Assembly: GCA_942493095.1 (NCBI GenBank)
Contig: OW818675.1
Location: forward strand, 930,001 to 962,000
Direction: 5' to 3'
DNA from: Candidatus Electronema halotolerans
GTDB lineage: Bacteria > Desulfobacterota > Desulfobulbia > Desulfobulbales > Desulfobulbaceae
DNA: 32,000 nucleotides
Every line of letters begins with the position of its first letter. Positions within the stretch are counted from its first letter, which is position 1. The notes beneath the pieces were generated by a model, which had not been told where the DNA came from, searched no databases, and was given only the letters and a program-made list of their open reading frames with translations. A program made the translations under genes and the position numbers. This document shows positions 8,946 to 18,972 of this stretch, piece by piece.

Positions 8946-9012
8946 GATCTTTTTCTGTCAGTTAAATATGTTGAGCTGTTGCGGCACTGCTGTCTGTACG
9001 AATTTATCCGTA

Positions 9013-9828
9013 TTATTGACTTATTGTCCGAAGTAGCTGATATTTCTTTTGCAACTTTTCTTCATCCGTCAATCTGTCATCGTGTCCATACAATGCAGAT
9101 TTCCAGCTGCCATGCACAGGATTGCTGATCAAAATCCATTTCCTGCCCCAATACTGCCGGTGCTTTTTCGCTGCATCTCTTCGCTCTGCCGGACTGCTCT
9201 TTCCCAAGAAAGTAAAATCATTATAGTCATCACCAATCAGCAGCAGAATACGAAACTTTTTTGCAATAAATGCCCTTCGTGAAATTTTATCCGAACCCCA
9301 TTCAGGACGTTCTTTCTGACAAAGCACCTGATCGGGCATAACTTCAGGATCAATTACTTTCCTGATATTTCCTACCGTCTCGTCTTTCAACGTCCGATTG
9401 GTCACATAGAAAATAGTAACGCCTTTTTCTTTTGCGAAGCGGATAAAGGAAACAGCACCCGGCAGGGGAGCAGCTACAGACTCCTTGAGCCACTCCGTCC
9501 ACAGTTGCGGATCATACTCTTTTCCAGCCAAGAGAAATCGTGCCGCCAAGGGAGAATTATCCAGCACAGTTTCATCAACATCAACAATAACGGCAGGCGG
9601 TAAGCGGTAAAAATCCCCCTGCTGCTCCAAAGCCGCTGTCCAAGAAGGATCATTCAGGGCTTTTTCCAAGTTTAACGTGGCGAGATAAAATGCCTGCTCT
9701 GCCGCCATATTCCATTCCGCTGATGCCTGTGCCCACAATACGCCGAGGAACATTTCCGGTGGATTTTCCGATTTGGCGGACGTGTAGAATACGATGCAGC
9801 ATAAGCAGATAATGAACTTTTTTATCAT
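9013..9828 (-). CDS. HAD-superfamily acid phosphatase, 5'-nucleotidase e(P4)-like, secreted
   Basis: Signal peptide-like N-terminus; QASAEWNMAAEQAFYLATLNLEKAL, VIVDVDETVLDNSP, FYVTNRT, LLLIGDDYNDF. Confidence 0.9.
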   Translation of the reverse strand: MIKKFIICLCCIVFYTSAKSENPPEMFLGVLWAQASAEWNMAAEQAFYLATLNLEKALNDPSWTAALEQQGDFYRLPPAVIVDVDETVLDNSPLAARFLLAGKEYDPQLWTEWLKESVAAPLPGAVSFIRFAKEKGVTIFYVTNRTLKDETVGNIRKVIDPEVMPDQVLCQKERPEWGSDKISRRAFIAKKFRILLLIGDDYNDFTFLGKSSPAERRDAAKKHRQYWGRKWILISNPVHGSWKSALYGHDDRLTDEEKLQKKYQLLRTISQ

Positions 9829-9830
9829 AT

Positions 9831-10322
9831 TTATCTCTTTATAAAAATGTTCAGTCTATATGCAAGATCAGGAAACTGCTGCTGCACCAGCTCCTCTGTA
9901 GCAATTTCATTGTCCTCATATTCAAAACCCGGAGCAACGGCCTCGCTGATCAAGGCATAATCATCTTTGCCACCGCAAATCTGCGAAGCCTTCCACCAGC
10001 CGCCCGGCACCAGCAGTTGCAGTGTCTCGCCATTTCTGATTTCCGAGCCAAGGATTCGCTCTGACAGGATTCCGTCCGGCGAAACAATGGTGTATCTGAC
10101 CGGAGCGCCGAGATGATGATAATGAAGAATATCAGACTTGTTTCTATGCAGAAAGCCGCCCGGACTTTCCTTGGTCAGCAGGTAATAAATGGAAGTCAGG
10201 AGCAGTCTCCTGCCATAGTCACAGTCAAGATGCAGGCTGGACTCATAAGTCCTGCGGAAAAAGCCGCCTTCGGTCGGGTGCGGCTCAAGCCGGAGCAGCG
10301 TGATCAGTTCTTCTTTGGTCAT
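9831..10322 (-). CDS. DUF985 cupin family protein
   Basis: LLRLEPHPTEGGFFRRTYES...TSIYYLLTKESPGGFLHRNKSDILHYHHLGAPV...LQLLVPGGWWKAS...LISEAVAPGFEYEDNE. Confidence 0.88.
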   Translation of the reverse strand: MTKEELITLLRLEPHPTEGGFFRRTYESSLHLDCDYGRRLLLTSIYYLLTKESPGGFLHRNKSDILHYHHLGAPVRYTIVSPDGILSERILGSEIRNGETLQLLVPGGWWKASQICGGKDDYALISEAVAPGFEYEDNEIATEELVQQQFPDLAYRLNIFIKR

Positions 10323-10493
10323 TTGCTTGTTTTCACAGGCAGATTCATGCGGCGCGGCAGACCGCGCAATTCGGGCGCGCCATCAATTTCAGTCATAACG
10401 CGGCAGATGTCAATGCTTTTCCGCCTGCTGCTGTTGCATCAGCCCAAGGCCGCACCTTGGGCTTTTGAGGTTTCATCGGCTGCGGACTGCGCT

Positions 10494-11111
10494 TCAAGCC
10501 CTGTGAACTTGCCCGTTCCCGCCAAAGAGCATGGTTTCCACCAGCTCGCAGAGCAGATGCTCGATCCAGAGGTGCGCCTCCTGAATGCGGGGTGTTGACT
10601 TGGACGGCACATTGAGAAGCAGGTCGCAGTGCTGGGCCACACCCTGCGGCGGAATGCTCAGGCCGCCGCTCAAAGCGGCAGTGGTCAGTCCCATTTCCTT
10701 GGCAGTGGCCAAGGCTTCGACCACATTGGTCGAGGTGCCGGAAGTGCTGATGCCAAGAGCCATATCGCCGGTCTTGCCCAAGGCCTGCACCTGCTTGACA
10801 AAAATCAGATCATACGAAAAGTCGTTGCTCACAGCGGTGATGATCGAGGTGTCCGTGGTCAGGGCGATTGCAGGCAGCGGGGCGCGGTTGATCAGGAAGC
10901 GGTTGACGAATTCCGCCGCGATATGCTGGGCATCCGCCGCGCTGCCACCGTTGCCGAAAATGAGCAGCTTGCCGCCTCTGCGAAAGGTTTCGGCGATCAG
11001 TTCGGCCAGCTCAATGAGCTTGTCGGCAGACTGGGCGGCAAAGGCATCTTTGGCCTCCTTGCTGGCAGCAAGGCTGGCCTGAATTACGGCTGAAGCGTCC
11101 ATTGCATTCAT
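10494..11111 (-). CDS. gmhA: Phosphoheptose isomerase / SIS-domain protein
   Basis: GGKLLIFGNGGSAADAQHIAAEFVNRF, LGISTSGTSTNVVEAL, VPSKSTPRIQEAHLWIEHLLCELVE. Track ORF opens at TTG 11129; ATG at 11111 is an alternative. Confidence 0.93.
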   Translation of the reverse strand: MNAMDASAVIQASLAASKEAKDAFAAQSADKLIELAELIAETFRRGGKLLIFGNGGSAADAQHIAAEFVNRFLINRAPLPAIALTTDTSIITAVSNDFSYDLIFVKQVQALGKTGDMALGISTSGTSTNVVEALATAKEMGLTTAALSGGLSIPPQGVAQHCDLLLNVPSKSTPRIQEAHLWIEHLLCELVETMLFGGNGQVHRA

Positions 11112-11156
11112 CTGTGAGTAGTTGTTCAAAAATCAACACGCATCCCAAGGACAGGC

Positions 11157-12284
11157 CTATTGCGCTTGCACAAACTTGCCGTCCTTGACTTCATACATGG
11201 TGTAGCCCACGCCAGTGGCATCGCCGTGCTGGTCAAATCTGATTTCGCCAAAGGGCGTGACCGCAATCTGGTTGTGCAGAATATCCGCCACCTTGTCCGC
11301 ATCAGTTGAGCCAGCCTTTTCCACGGCATTGGTCACGGCTATGGCTGCCGCGACCGCATTGTCAAAAAACGGCCCCGGCTCGCCGCCATACTTGCTTGTG
11401 TAAGCTTGGCGGTACTGCTTGGTCACTGGATTGCTGGACACATCCGCTGGCCCGGTCGCATACACGCCTTCCGCGTATTTGCCCGCAATCTTGATGAAAG
11501 TGTCATCTTTAACGCCATCATCTGAAATAAAAAGCGTCTTCATTCCCTTCCGGCGCATCTGGGTGATGACCTTGGAAGCCTCCGGGTGATAGCCGCCGAA
11601 AATCACTGCGTCGGCACGGGTGCGCTTGATTTTCTGCACCACTGCTGAATAATCCACCGCCCCAGGCGTGATGCCCTCGAACAGCACCACCTGCGCCAGC
11701 GCGCCTTGGCGGATGATCTCCCGCGCATCTTCAGCCAAGCCTTTGCCATAGTCGCCCTTGTCATGGATGATGGCAATTTTTTTCATCGGCTCATCTTTTA
11801 ACAAATCAACGGCAAAATCGACAATGGTTTTGGCCTGGGCATTGTTCGGGGCAATGGTGCGGTAAAAGTTGGGATACTTGCCGCTCTCGGTCAGATCGCT
11901 GTCTGTGGCGGACGGCGACATGACAATCACGTCCGCATCCGTGTACACCGGCAGGGCCGCCTTGGTCGCGCTGGAGCAGATATGGCCGATGACCAGCTTC
12001 ACCCCTGCGGAAACTAATTTGGCCGCTGTGTTGGCCGCCACTTCCGGCTTGCAGACATCATCCTCAATCTGCAGCTCCACCTTGGCCCCGTTGATGCCGC
12101 CATTGGCATTGAGATGCTCGGCCACCAGCTCCGCCGCCCGCGCTGTCGGCTGGCCGTAGGAAGCCAAGTCGCCGCTCAACGCTCCTGCCACCCCGATCTT
12201 GACCGGAGCAGGGTCAGCAGCCCAGACATTGGCGGCCAAGACGGCGGCGGCAGCAAAGAAAATCAGTTGCGCATACATCTTCAT
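11157..12284 (-). CDS. Branched-chain amino acid-type ABC transporter substrate-binding protein
   Basis: MKMYAQLIFFAAAAVLAANVWA signal peptide; VKIGVAGALSGDLASYGQPTARAAELVAEHLNANGGINGAKVELQIEDDVCKPEVAANTAAKLV. AAGGAGG Shine-Dalgarno about 7 nt upstream of ATG at 12284. Confidence 0.9.
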   Translation of the reverse strand: MKMYAQLIFFAAAAVLAANVWAADPAPVKIGVAGALSGDLASYGQPTARAAELVAEHLNANGGINGAKVELQIEDDVCKPEVAANTAAKLVSAGVKLVIGHICSSATKAALPVYTDADVIVMSPSATDSDLTESGKYPNFYRTIAPNNAQAKTIVDFAVDLLKDEPMKKIAIIHDKGDYGKGLAEDAREIIRQGALAQVVLFEGITPGAVDYSAVVQKIKRTRADAVIFGGYHPEASKVITQMRRKGMKTLFISDDGVKDDTFIKIAGKYAEGVYATGPADVSSNPVTKQYRQAYTSKYGGEPGPFFDNAVAAAIAVTNAVEKAGSTDADKVADILHNQIAVTPFGEIRFDQHGDATGVGYTMYEVKDGKFVQAQ

Positions 12285-12412
12285 CAGCATACCTCCTTGC
12301 AAAGGATTCATCGTTCTGCCTGCGTTGCAAAGCAGGCTTCAATCTGCTATCTTTTCACACTGCCGGAAAAAAAGCATCAAAAAACTGACAAAGACAGGCT
12401 CTGAGCCAGAAC

Positions 12413-13489
12413 ATGAACCGAAATTTTTATTATCAGATGGGCAGGCCGCTGTCGCCCCTCTACAGCCTGACCATGCGGCTGCGGGAGCAGTTTTATCTCA
12501 ACGGGGTGCTGTCCTCGCACGTGCTTGATGTGCCGGTGATCAGCATCGGCAACCTGCTGCTGGGCGGCACTGGCAAGACCCCGCTGGTTCAGCATTTCGC
12601 CCGGCTGCTGCAAGACAACGGCTTCCGGCCCGCTGTGATCAGCCGGGGCTATGGCGGCGCGACCAAAGCCCGGATCAACGTGGTTTCCGACGGCGGCAAG
12701 GTGCTCTTAGATGCGGCGTATGTCGGCGACGAGCCGCGCCTGCTGGCTGAAACTCTGCCCGGCGTGCCAGTCCTGACCGGAGTGGTGCGGCGGCTGCCTG
12801 CGGCCAAGGCTGTGGAAATGGGGGCCAATGTTTTGCTCTTGGATGACGGCTTCCAGCATCTGGCCGTGCGCCGCGACCTTGACTTGGTGCTCTTCAGCGC
12901 GGACAAGCTGGCAGGCAATTCGCGGGTCTTTCCCGGCGGCGACCTGCGCGAGCCAGTGCGCGCCTTGTATCGCAGCCATGCCTTTGTCCTTACTGGCGCG
13001 GATGAAGCCAATATTGAGCAGGCGGCCCGCTTCCGCAGCCTGCTGCAAGAAAAATTTCCAGACAGGCCGGTCTTTTTCAGCGGCAGCCAAGCGGTCAGAT
13101 TAGTGCGGCAGGAGGCGGACGGGGGCAGAGTCACGGTCAGGGAGGAGGAGCTGACAGGCCGCCGTTGCTTTGCCTTCTGCGGCATTGCCCGGCCTGAAGG
13201 CTTTCAAAAAACCCTCAGCCAGCTTGCCATAACACCTCTCGTCTTTCATGCCCTGCCAGATCATCATGCCTACACCGAACGGGCCGCCCGCCAGCTCCTG
13301 CGGACAGCCGAACAGACCGGAGCAGACTGTCTGCTTTGCACGGAAAAAGATTTGGTCAAACTGCGCGGTCTTTCAGTCAAGCTGCCGCTCTACGGCGTGA
13401 TCATGCAGGCCGCGCCAGAGTCAGGCTTGGACAGATTAGTCCTCAGCTGCGCGGCAGGCAAAAAGCAGCGGCTGACTGCGGCGCGTTGA
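12413..13489 (+). CDS. lpxK: Tetraacyldisaccharide 4'-kinase
   Basis: DVPVISIGNLLLGGTGKTPLVQHFARLL, SRGYGG, VGDEPRLLAETLPGVPVLTG, LLLDDGFQHLAVRRDLDLVL, GIARPEGFQKTL. Confidence 0.96.
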   Translation: MNRNFYYQMGRPLSPLYSLTMRLREQFYLNGVLSSHVLDVPVISIGNLLLGGTGKTPLVQHFARLLQDNGFRPAVISRGYGGATKARINVVSDGGKVLLDAAYVGDEPRLLAETLPGVPVLTGVVRRLPAAKAVEMGANVLLLDDGFQHLAVRRDLDLVLFSADKLAGNSRVFPGGDLREPVRALYRSHAFVLTGADEANIEQAARFRSLLQEKFPDRPVFFSGSQAVRLVRQEADGGRVTVREEELTGRRCFAFCGIARPEGFQKTLSQLAITPLVFHALPDHHAYTERAARQLLRTAEQTGADCLLCTEKDLVKLRGLSVKLPLYGVIMQAAPESGLDRLVLSCAAGKKQRLTAAR

Positions 13490-13769
13490 TGTGTCAAAAA
13501 CAACACACTTGCCCAAACAGAGCCTGTCTGTGTGCTTTTTGCCACAGCCGCCTGCTGGACAGCCCTGCTGCCCCCTCCTGCCGCTCTTTTTTTTATCAAC
13601 CTGAGTTTGCGCGAAAAGTTTTATTTTTTACTCCTGCTGGTCCAAAAAATAAAATTTTTGGTCGGCCTTTTGCATGAGAACGTGATACAAAGGAAGGAGC
13701 AGCGAGCAATAAAACACCATCAATCAGAGCGCAGGCACTGCCGGAGGAACCGGCAAGAGGTGAAAGAAC

Positions 13770-14753
13770 ATGGCGATCAACCTTGACCCGCATCAGCACA
13801 CATTGGAGCATTCAGTTAGCTGTAGCGGCATTGGATTGCATTCTGGCAGAACCATCAATTTGACCATCAAACCAGCAGAGGAAAACAGCGGCATCAGCTT
13901 CCGTCGCGCTGATCTGCATAAAAAAGCAAGCATTCCGGCAAGAATGGAGCATATCAGCGACACCACTCTTGCCACCACCCTTGGCAGCGGCGCAGAGCGG
14001 ATTTCCACCACCGAGCATCTGCTCGCCGCCCTGCACGGCGCAGGCATTGACAACGCCGACATTGAGCTGGACGGCCATGAAGTTCCGATCATGGACGGCA
14101 GCGCAGGCCCCTTTGTTCAGCTCTTGGACAAGGCAGGCCGCAAACGGCAGCGCAGCCTGCGCAAAGTCATCCGCTTCACCAAGCCGGTCTCCTGCATCTC
14201 CGGCGACAAATTCATCCGCATTGAGCCGTACGAAGGTTTCAAAATTACCGGCAGCATCAGCTTCGGCACTGACCTGATCAAGGATCAGAGCTATTCCATA
14301 GAACTCGATTCAGAACGTTTTGCCAAGGAAATCGCGCAGGCCCGCACTTTCGGCTTTGTTGAGCAGGTTGAGGAGCTGTGGCGGAACGGGCTGGCCTTGG
14401 GCGGCAGCCTGCAAAATGTGATCGCCATTCATTGGGACCGCCGCCGCATCCTCAATGAAGGCGGCCTCCGCTTTGAGGACGAGTTTGTCCGGCATAAAAT
14501 TTTAGATTTAATTGGAGATTTGGCCCTGCTCGGCAGTCCGGTGCTCGGCCACGTCATTGCCAGCCGTTCCGGTCATGCCCTTCATCACAGCCTGATGCAG
14601 GCTGTGGCCGCCTCCCCGGACAGCTGGGAATATGTTGAATTTCGCAAGCCGGGTCAGCCCCATGTTACCGCCCCGGCCAGACCCCGGAGGAAAAGATATC
14701 CTGTCTCTCTTCCGGGCCTGCTGTTCCCTGCTTCTGCGCCCTGTCCGGCCTGA
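13770..14753 (+). CDS. lpxC: UDP-3-O-acyl-N-acetylglucosamine deacetylase
   Basis: HTLEHSVSCSGIGLHSGRTINLTIKPAEENSGISFRRAD, STTEHLLAALHGAGIDNADIELDGHEVPIMDGSA, RFEDEFVRHKILDLIGDLALLG, GHVIASRSGHALHHSL. Confidence 0.96.
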   Translation: MAINLDPHQHTLEHSVSCSGIGLHSGRTINLTIKPAEENSGISFRRADLHKKASIPARMEHISDTTLATTLGSGAERISTTEHLLAALHGAGIDNADIELDGHEVPIMDGSAGPFVQLLDKAGRKRQRSLRKVIRFTKPVSCISGDKFIRIEPYEGFKITGSISFGTDLIKDQSYSIELDSERFAKEIAQARTFGFVEQVEELWRNGLALGGSLQNVIAIHWDRRRILNEGGLRFEDEFVRHKILDLIGDLALLGSPVLGHVIASRSGHALHHSLMQAVAASPDSWEYVEFRKPGQPHVTAPARPRRKRYPVSLPGLLFPASAPCPA

Positions 14754-14802
14754 GCAGCTTTTTTCGTTGCTTGTTGTTGTTCCTCTTTTTGTTCCGTGCC
14801 CT

Positions 14803-14836
14803 GCCCGCTGGCCGCCAAGCCAGCGGGCTTTTTTTG
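14803..14836 (+). terminator. Rho-independent terminator downstream of lpxC
   Basis: GCCCGCTGGC (14803-14812) / cgccaa / GCCAGCGGGC (14819-14828) followed by a T-run. Confidence 0.88.
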
Positions 14837-15155
14837 TCAGGCTTCAGTCCAGATGAGAGCCTGTTTTTTTAGACATTTTATCAATTTCACAAATAAATAA
14901 CACTCAACAGGGTGACGACCGGAATTTGCTCAGGCTCTGACAGAAGGGCATGCAAGAATACAGAACGGTTCTGCGCAATGGCATGGGCATGCCTTTGCGG
15001 AAGTTTTCGGTGAACATTGTCGGCCCGCATGATGCTGCCTCTGGAAAAAACAAAAAGCACAGTAAGTTGAATTTCACAGGCTCACCGAATCAGGCAGGGA
15101 CAAGCCGCGCATCATCCCTGCCATTCTGACAGGATGCAAGAGTATTTCGTCCTGC

Positions 15156-16169
15156 TCAGACCTTGCCGGTGAAAAACTGCTCGGCCAGCTCAACTTCCTC
15201 TTTGGAGCCGATGATTAGGGGCACCCGCTGGTGTAGTTCCTGCGGCTCAAGATCAAGGATGTTGCGGCCTTGATCATCAATGGCCCGGCCACCGGCCTGC
15301 TCGACCACAAAGGCCAAGGGCGCGGCCTCATAGAGCAGGCGCAGCTTGCCCGGTTTGTCTGGGCTTTTCCGGTCACGGGGATAGACAAAGACCCCACCCT
15401 TGATCAGATTGCGGTGGAAATCCGCGACCAAGGAGCCGATGTAGCGCAGGCTGTAAGAACGCTCGCCGCGCTCGTCCAGCTCTTTCAGCCGCTCGATATA
15501 GGCTGTTGTGTCATCATGCCAGTAGCGCGAGTACGCCTCGTTGATGCTGTAGTATTGGGCCTGTTCCGGGATTCTGATGTCAGGATGAGAGAGAAAGAAC
15601 TCGCCCACGCTGGGATCAAGGGTGAAGCCCTGCACGCCTTCGCCGACTGTATAGACCAGCATGGTGCTGGAGCCGTAAATGATGTAGCCTGCCGCCACCT
15701 GATCCCGGCCCTTCTGGAGCAGGTCGCTCATCTCGCCCTGCTTGCCGTGACTCCTGCGGCGATGGATGGAAAAGATGGTGCCAATGCTGACATTGACATC
15801 AATATTGGAAGAGCCGTCTAACGGATCAAAGGCCAAGGTGTATTTGCCCTCATAGCCGTCCAAAACCGGAATAACGTCTTCGTCTTCCTCTGACCCCATG
15901 ATGCAGACGTAGCCGCACTGCTCCATCCGCCGCTTGATGGTCAGATTGGCAAAATCGTCTAACTTCTGCACCTGTTCGCCTTGGACGTTGATCTGGCCTG
16001 ACTGCCCCAAGATGTCGGCCAGCCCGGCCATGTTGACCTCAGAGCTGATGATCTTGCCAGCCACGATCAGGTCATTGAGCAGGCCGGTCAGCTCGCCGGT
16101 GGCTTCCGGGTGGCTGCGCTGGCTGTCCATGATCTGACGGCTGACCGTGATGCCCTTGCGTTTCGGCAT
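15156..16169 (-). CDS. fbp: Class 1 fructose-1,6-bisphosphatase
   Basis: [101 protein letters not shown]. Confidence 0.96.
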   Translation of the reverse strand: MPKRKGITVSRQIMDSQRSHPEATGELTGLLNDLIVAGKIISSEVNMAGLADILGQSGQINVQGEQVQKLDDFANLTIKRRMEQCGYVCIMGSEEDEDVIPVLDGYEGKYTLAFDPLDGSSNIDVNVSIGTIFSIHRRRSHGKQGEMSDLLQKGRDQVAAGYIIYGSSTMLVYTVGEGVQGFTLDPSVGEFFLSHPDIRIPEQAQYYSINEAYSRYWHDDTTAYIERLKELDERGERSYSLRYIGSLVADFHRNLIKGGVFVYPRDRKSPDKPGKLRLLYEAAPLAFVVEQAGGRAIDDQGRNILDLEPQELHQRVPLIIGSKEEVELAEQFFTGKV

Positions 16170-16203
16170 GATGTCCTCCTTGCTGTGATTTCAGCGGATG
16201 AAA

Positions 16204-17754
16204 TTATTTTTCTTTCTCGCCCGGCTGCCAGCTGCGGACAAAGTTGAGCAGAGTGCGCACGGCAATGCCGGACGGTCCCTTGGGAATATAGCTTTTTTCG
16301 GTGAAATCCCAAGCCGTGCCGGCAATGTCCAAGTGCGCCCAAGGCGTGTTGCCGACAAATTCCTGCAAATAGGCGGCAGCAGTGATCGTGCCTGCCTCTC
16401 TGCCGCCGCTGTTTTTGATGTCCGCCACTGTCGATTTGATCTGCTTGGAATACTCCGGCCCCAAGGGCAGCCGCCAGAGCGGCTCGCCAGCCCGCCCGCC
16501 AGCAGCAAGAAGCTGCTCGGCCAGCCCGTCGTCATTGGCCAAAAGGCCGGTGCGGTGATGGCCCAGGCCGACAATCACGGCGCCGGTGAGGGTGGCAAGA
16601 TCAATCACCGCATCCGGCTTCCATGTTTCAATGCCATAGGCCAAGGCATCAGCAAGAATCAGCCGCCCTTCCGCGTCGGTGTTGATAATCTCCGAGGTGA
16701 TGCCGCCGTAGTGGGTGATGATGTCGCCCGGCTTCAGGGCCGCGCCGGATGGCATGTTTTCCGAGGCTGGAATCAGGGCGACCACATTGATGCCTTTTGG
16801 CTTTTCCTCGGCAATGGCCTGCATGGCGCAGATCACGGCTGCCCCGCCGCACATGTCATATTTCATCTCCTCCATTTTCTGCGGCGGCTTGAGGCTGATG
16901 CCGCCCGCATCAAAGGTCAGGCCCTTGCCGACCAGCATCAGGGTGGGCGTTTTTTTGTCTTTGTCGCCACCGCCCTGATAGCGGAGGATCACTAATTTGG
17001 CTGGCTGGATTGAACCTTGGCTGACCCCAAGCAGGCCGCCCATGCCCAGCTTCTTCATCTCCGGCCTGCTCAAGACCGTGCATTCCAAGTCATGGTCCTT
17101 GGCCAATTTCTCGCCGAATTCAGCAAACCGCTTGGGTGTCCAGACATTGCCCGGCTCATTGGCCATATCTCTGGCAATGCAGGCCGCCTGCGCCGCCCGT
17201 TCGCCCTGGCTCAGGCCCTGCTTGACCGCCTCGGCTTTCATATCTCCAACATGAAGATAGACCTTTTCCAGCTTGGAGGCAGGCTCGTCGTCCTTTTTTT
17301 TGCTCTTATGACAGTCGAAAGAATAGCTGGCCAAGACCAAGCTCTCGCTCAGGCATTCAGCTATATCCGCATCCGGCAGGCTGATGTTTTCCGGCAGAAC
17401 CAGCAGCATGTTCTTCACTTGCAGCTTGGCGGCCTGCCGGGCTGCCGTGCCTGCGGCCTGGCGGAGCTGCTCGCGCAGGGCATCGGCATTGTCGCTGATT
17501 TTGCCCAGCCCAATCGCCAGGACCCGGTTGGCGGCCAGATTGTGCTTGATGTCCTTTTTGGCCGCAGAAGGATAGTACAGGAACAGCTCTCCCTGTTTGC
17601 CGGAAAAATCGCCGTTTTTCCAAGCATATTTGATATTCCGCCGCAGGGCCTTGCAAGGGCAGAGCACGGCCTTGCCGCCGCTCTCCCGAAGGAAATAGAC
17701 CAGCAGGTCGCCTTCAAACAGCTCCAGCATGTCCTTGTTCAGCTCGATTTTCAT
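16204..17754 (-). CDS. pepA: Leucyl aminopeptidase (M17)
   Basis: LVGKGLTFDAGGISLKPPQKMEEMKYDMCGGAAV, NMPSGAALKPGDIITHYGG, NTDAEGRLILADAL, IDLATLTGA, TPWAHLDIAGTAW. Confidence 0.96.
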   Translation of the reverse strand: MKIELNKDMLELFEGDLLVYFLRESGGKAVLCPCKALRRNIKYAWKNGDFSGKQGELFLYYPSAAKKDIKHNLAANRVLAIGLGKISDNADALREQLRQAAGTAARQAAKLQVKNMLLVLPENISLPDADIAECLSESLVLASYSFDCHKSKKKDDEPASKLEKVYLHVGDMKAEAVKQGLSQGERAAQAACIARDMANEPGNVWTPKRFAEFGEKLAKDHDLECTVLSRPEMKKLGMGGLLGVSQGSIQPAKLVILRYQGGGDKDKKTPTLMLVGKGLTFDAGGISLKPPQKMEEMKYDMCGGAAVICAMQAIAEEKPKGINVVALIPASENMPSGAALKPGDIITHYGGITSEIINTDAEGRLILADALAYGIETWKPDAVIDLATLTGAVIVGLGHHRTGLLANDDGLAEQLLAAGGRAGEPLWRLPLGPEYSKQIKSTVADIKNSGGREAGTITAAAYLQEFVGNTPWAHLDIAGTAWDFTEKSYIPKGPSGIAVRTLLNFVRSWQPGEKEK

Positions 17755-17889
17755 AGCGTTCTCTCTGGGAAAAGTTGTGTATTATCCTTCTGAGCGGTTG
17801 TCATTATACTCGTTTCAGGCAATTGGCAAAACAGTTCATTTCAGGTAACATGCAGAAATTGGCAAACCAATCCAACACAGGAGAAAAAG

Positions 17890-18927
17890 ATGATTTTCGA
17901 GCTTGTCCTTGCTGTCAGTTGCGCCCTTGGCATCTCCACCGTGTGCAGTCTGCTGGAGGCGGGTCTGTACTCGCTCTCCTTGAGCCGGATTGAAATGATG
18001 GCCGCAGAGCGTCCGGCCAAGGCGGCAGTGCTGAGAAAGCTGAAAAACAATATTGATCAGCCGATCACGGCAATTCTCACCCTGAACACGGTTGCCCACA
18101 CTATGGGCGCGTCCGTGGCAGGCGCGGCGGCGGCTGATGTGTTCGGAGAAAATGGGCTGGTCTGGTTCTCGGCCTTTTTCACCCTTGCCGTGCTGCTTTT
18201 TTCTGAAATTCTGCCGAAAATCGTTGGAGTCGCCTTCAGCGTGTCGCTGGCACCCTACATGGCCCGGCCCTTGGAGCTGCTGGTCATCATGTTCAAGCCG
18301 GTGATTCTGATCGGCCAGCTGATATCCAGCCTGATGCCCAAGAGCACGGAGAATTCCATTTCCGCCGAGGAGCTGACCACGGTCGCCCGCCTGAGCCGCA
18401 AGGCCGGAGAGATTGGCAGTGATCAGGAGGCGGTGATCATCAACATCATCGCCCTGAGCGGCAAGCGGGTCCGGCAGGTCATGACCCCGCGCACGGTCAC
18501 GTTCACGATGAGCAAGGACAGCTCCATTGCCGAGGCCGTGAAATTGGAGGAAAAATGGCGCTCTCACAGCCGGGTGCCGGTCTATGGCAAGGACAGCAGC
18601 GATGTGGTTGGCATAGTCCGCAGCTACGAGGTCATGCAGGCCGCTGTCGCAGGCAGTTACGAGCGCACCTTGGAAGAGCTGATGATCCCGGCCCACTTTG
18701 TCCCGGAAATTGCGCCCTTGGACAAGGTGATGCTGGAGTTTTTTGAACGGCGGCAGCATCTTTTCGTTGTTGTGGATGAATACGGCAGCGTCACCGGGGT
18801 GATCAGCTTGGAGGACATTGTCGAGGAAATCATGGGCCGGGAGATCATGGACGAATCAGACCGGACTGGCAATCTGCGCGCTTTGGCCAGAGCGAGTAGA
18901 AAAGGCGGAACTGCGGCAAACGGATGA
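17890..18927 (+). CDS. CNNM transmembrane domain plus CBS-pair protein (CorC/TlyC family)
   Basis: SLLEAGLYSLSLSRIE, LFSEILPKIVG, RQVMTPRT, SHSRVPVYGKDSSDVVGIV, LFVVVDEYGSVTGVISLEDIVEEIMGREIMDE. GGAG Shine-Dalgarno upstream. Confidence 0.92.
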   Translation: MIFELVLAVSCALGISTVCSLLEAGLYSLSLSRIEMMAAERPAKAAVLRKLKNNIDQPITAILTLNTVAHTMGASVAGAAAADVFGENGLVWFSAFFTLAVLLFSEILPKIVGVAFSVSLAPYMARPLELLVIMFKPVILIGQLISSLMPKSTENSISAEELTTVARLSRKAGEIGSDQEAVIINIIALSGKRVRQVMTPRTVTFTMSKDSSIAEAVKLEEKWRSHSRVPVYGKDSSDVVGIVRSYEVMQAAVAGSYERTLEELMIPAHFVPEIAPLDKVMLEFFERRQHLFVVVDEYGSVTGVISLEDIVEEIMGREIMDESDRTGNLRALARASRKGGTAANG

Positions 18928-18972
18928 AATCAGAATTGTCAGCGCGGCGCAAACAGGTTAGAGTGGTGAAAA

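Noticed and set aside
8946-9012. Possible TPP riboswitch upstream of thiE/thiC
   Set aside because: No CTGAGA or ACCTGATC-like conserved elements visible on the reverse strand; only a short intergenic region before the phosphatase gene.
10441-10463. Terminator for gmhA (AGCCCAAGG-ccgca-CCTTGGGCT)
   Set aside because: Stem is perfect, but the T-rich side is on the + strand while the neighbouring genes are on the - strand; no U-run follows in the gene direction.
13532-13786. 84-aa hydrophobic ORF before lpxC as a small membrane protein
   Set aside because: Overlaps the lpxC start, contains a low-complexity charged tail, and has no supporting ribosome site; most likely intergenic.
15091-15127. 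Hairpin GGCAGGG...CCCTGCC downstream of fbp
   Set aside because: Only 7 bp with a long loop and no adjacent U-run; insufficient to call a terminator.
17017-17793. 258-aa + strand ORF opposite pepA
   Set aside because: Antisense to well-supported PepA coding sequence; composition typical of a shadow ORF.
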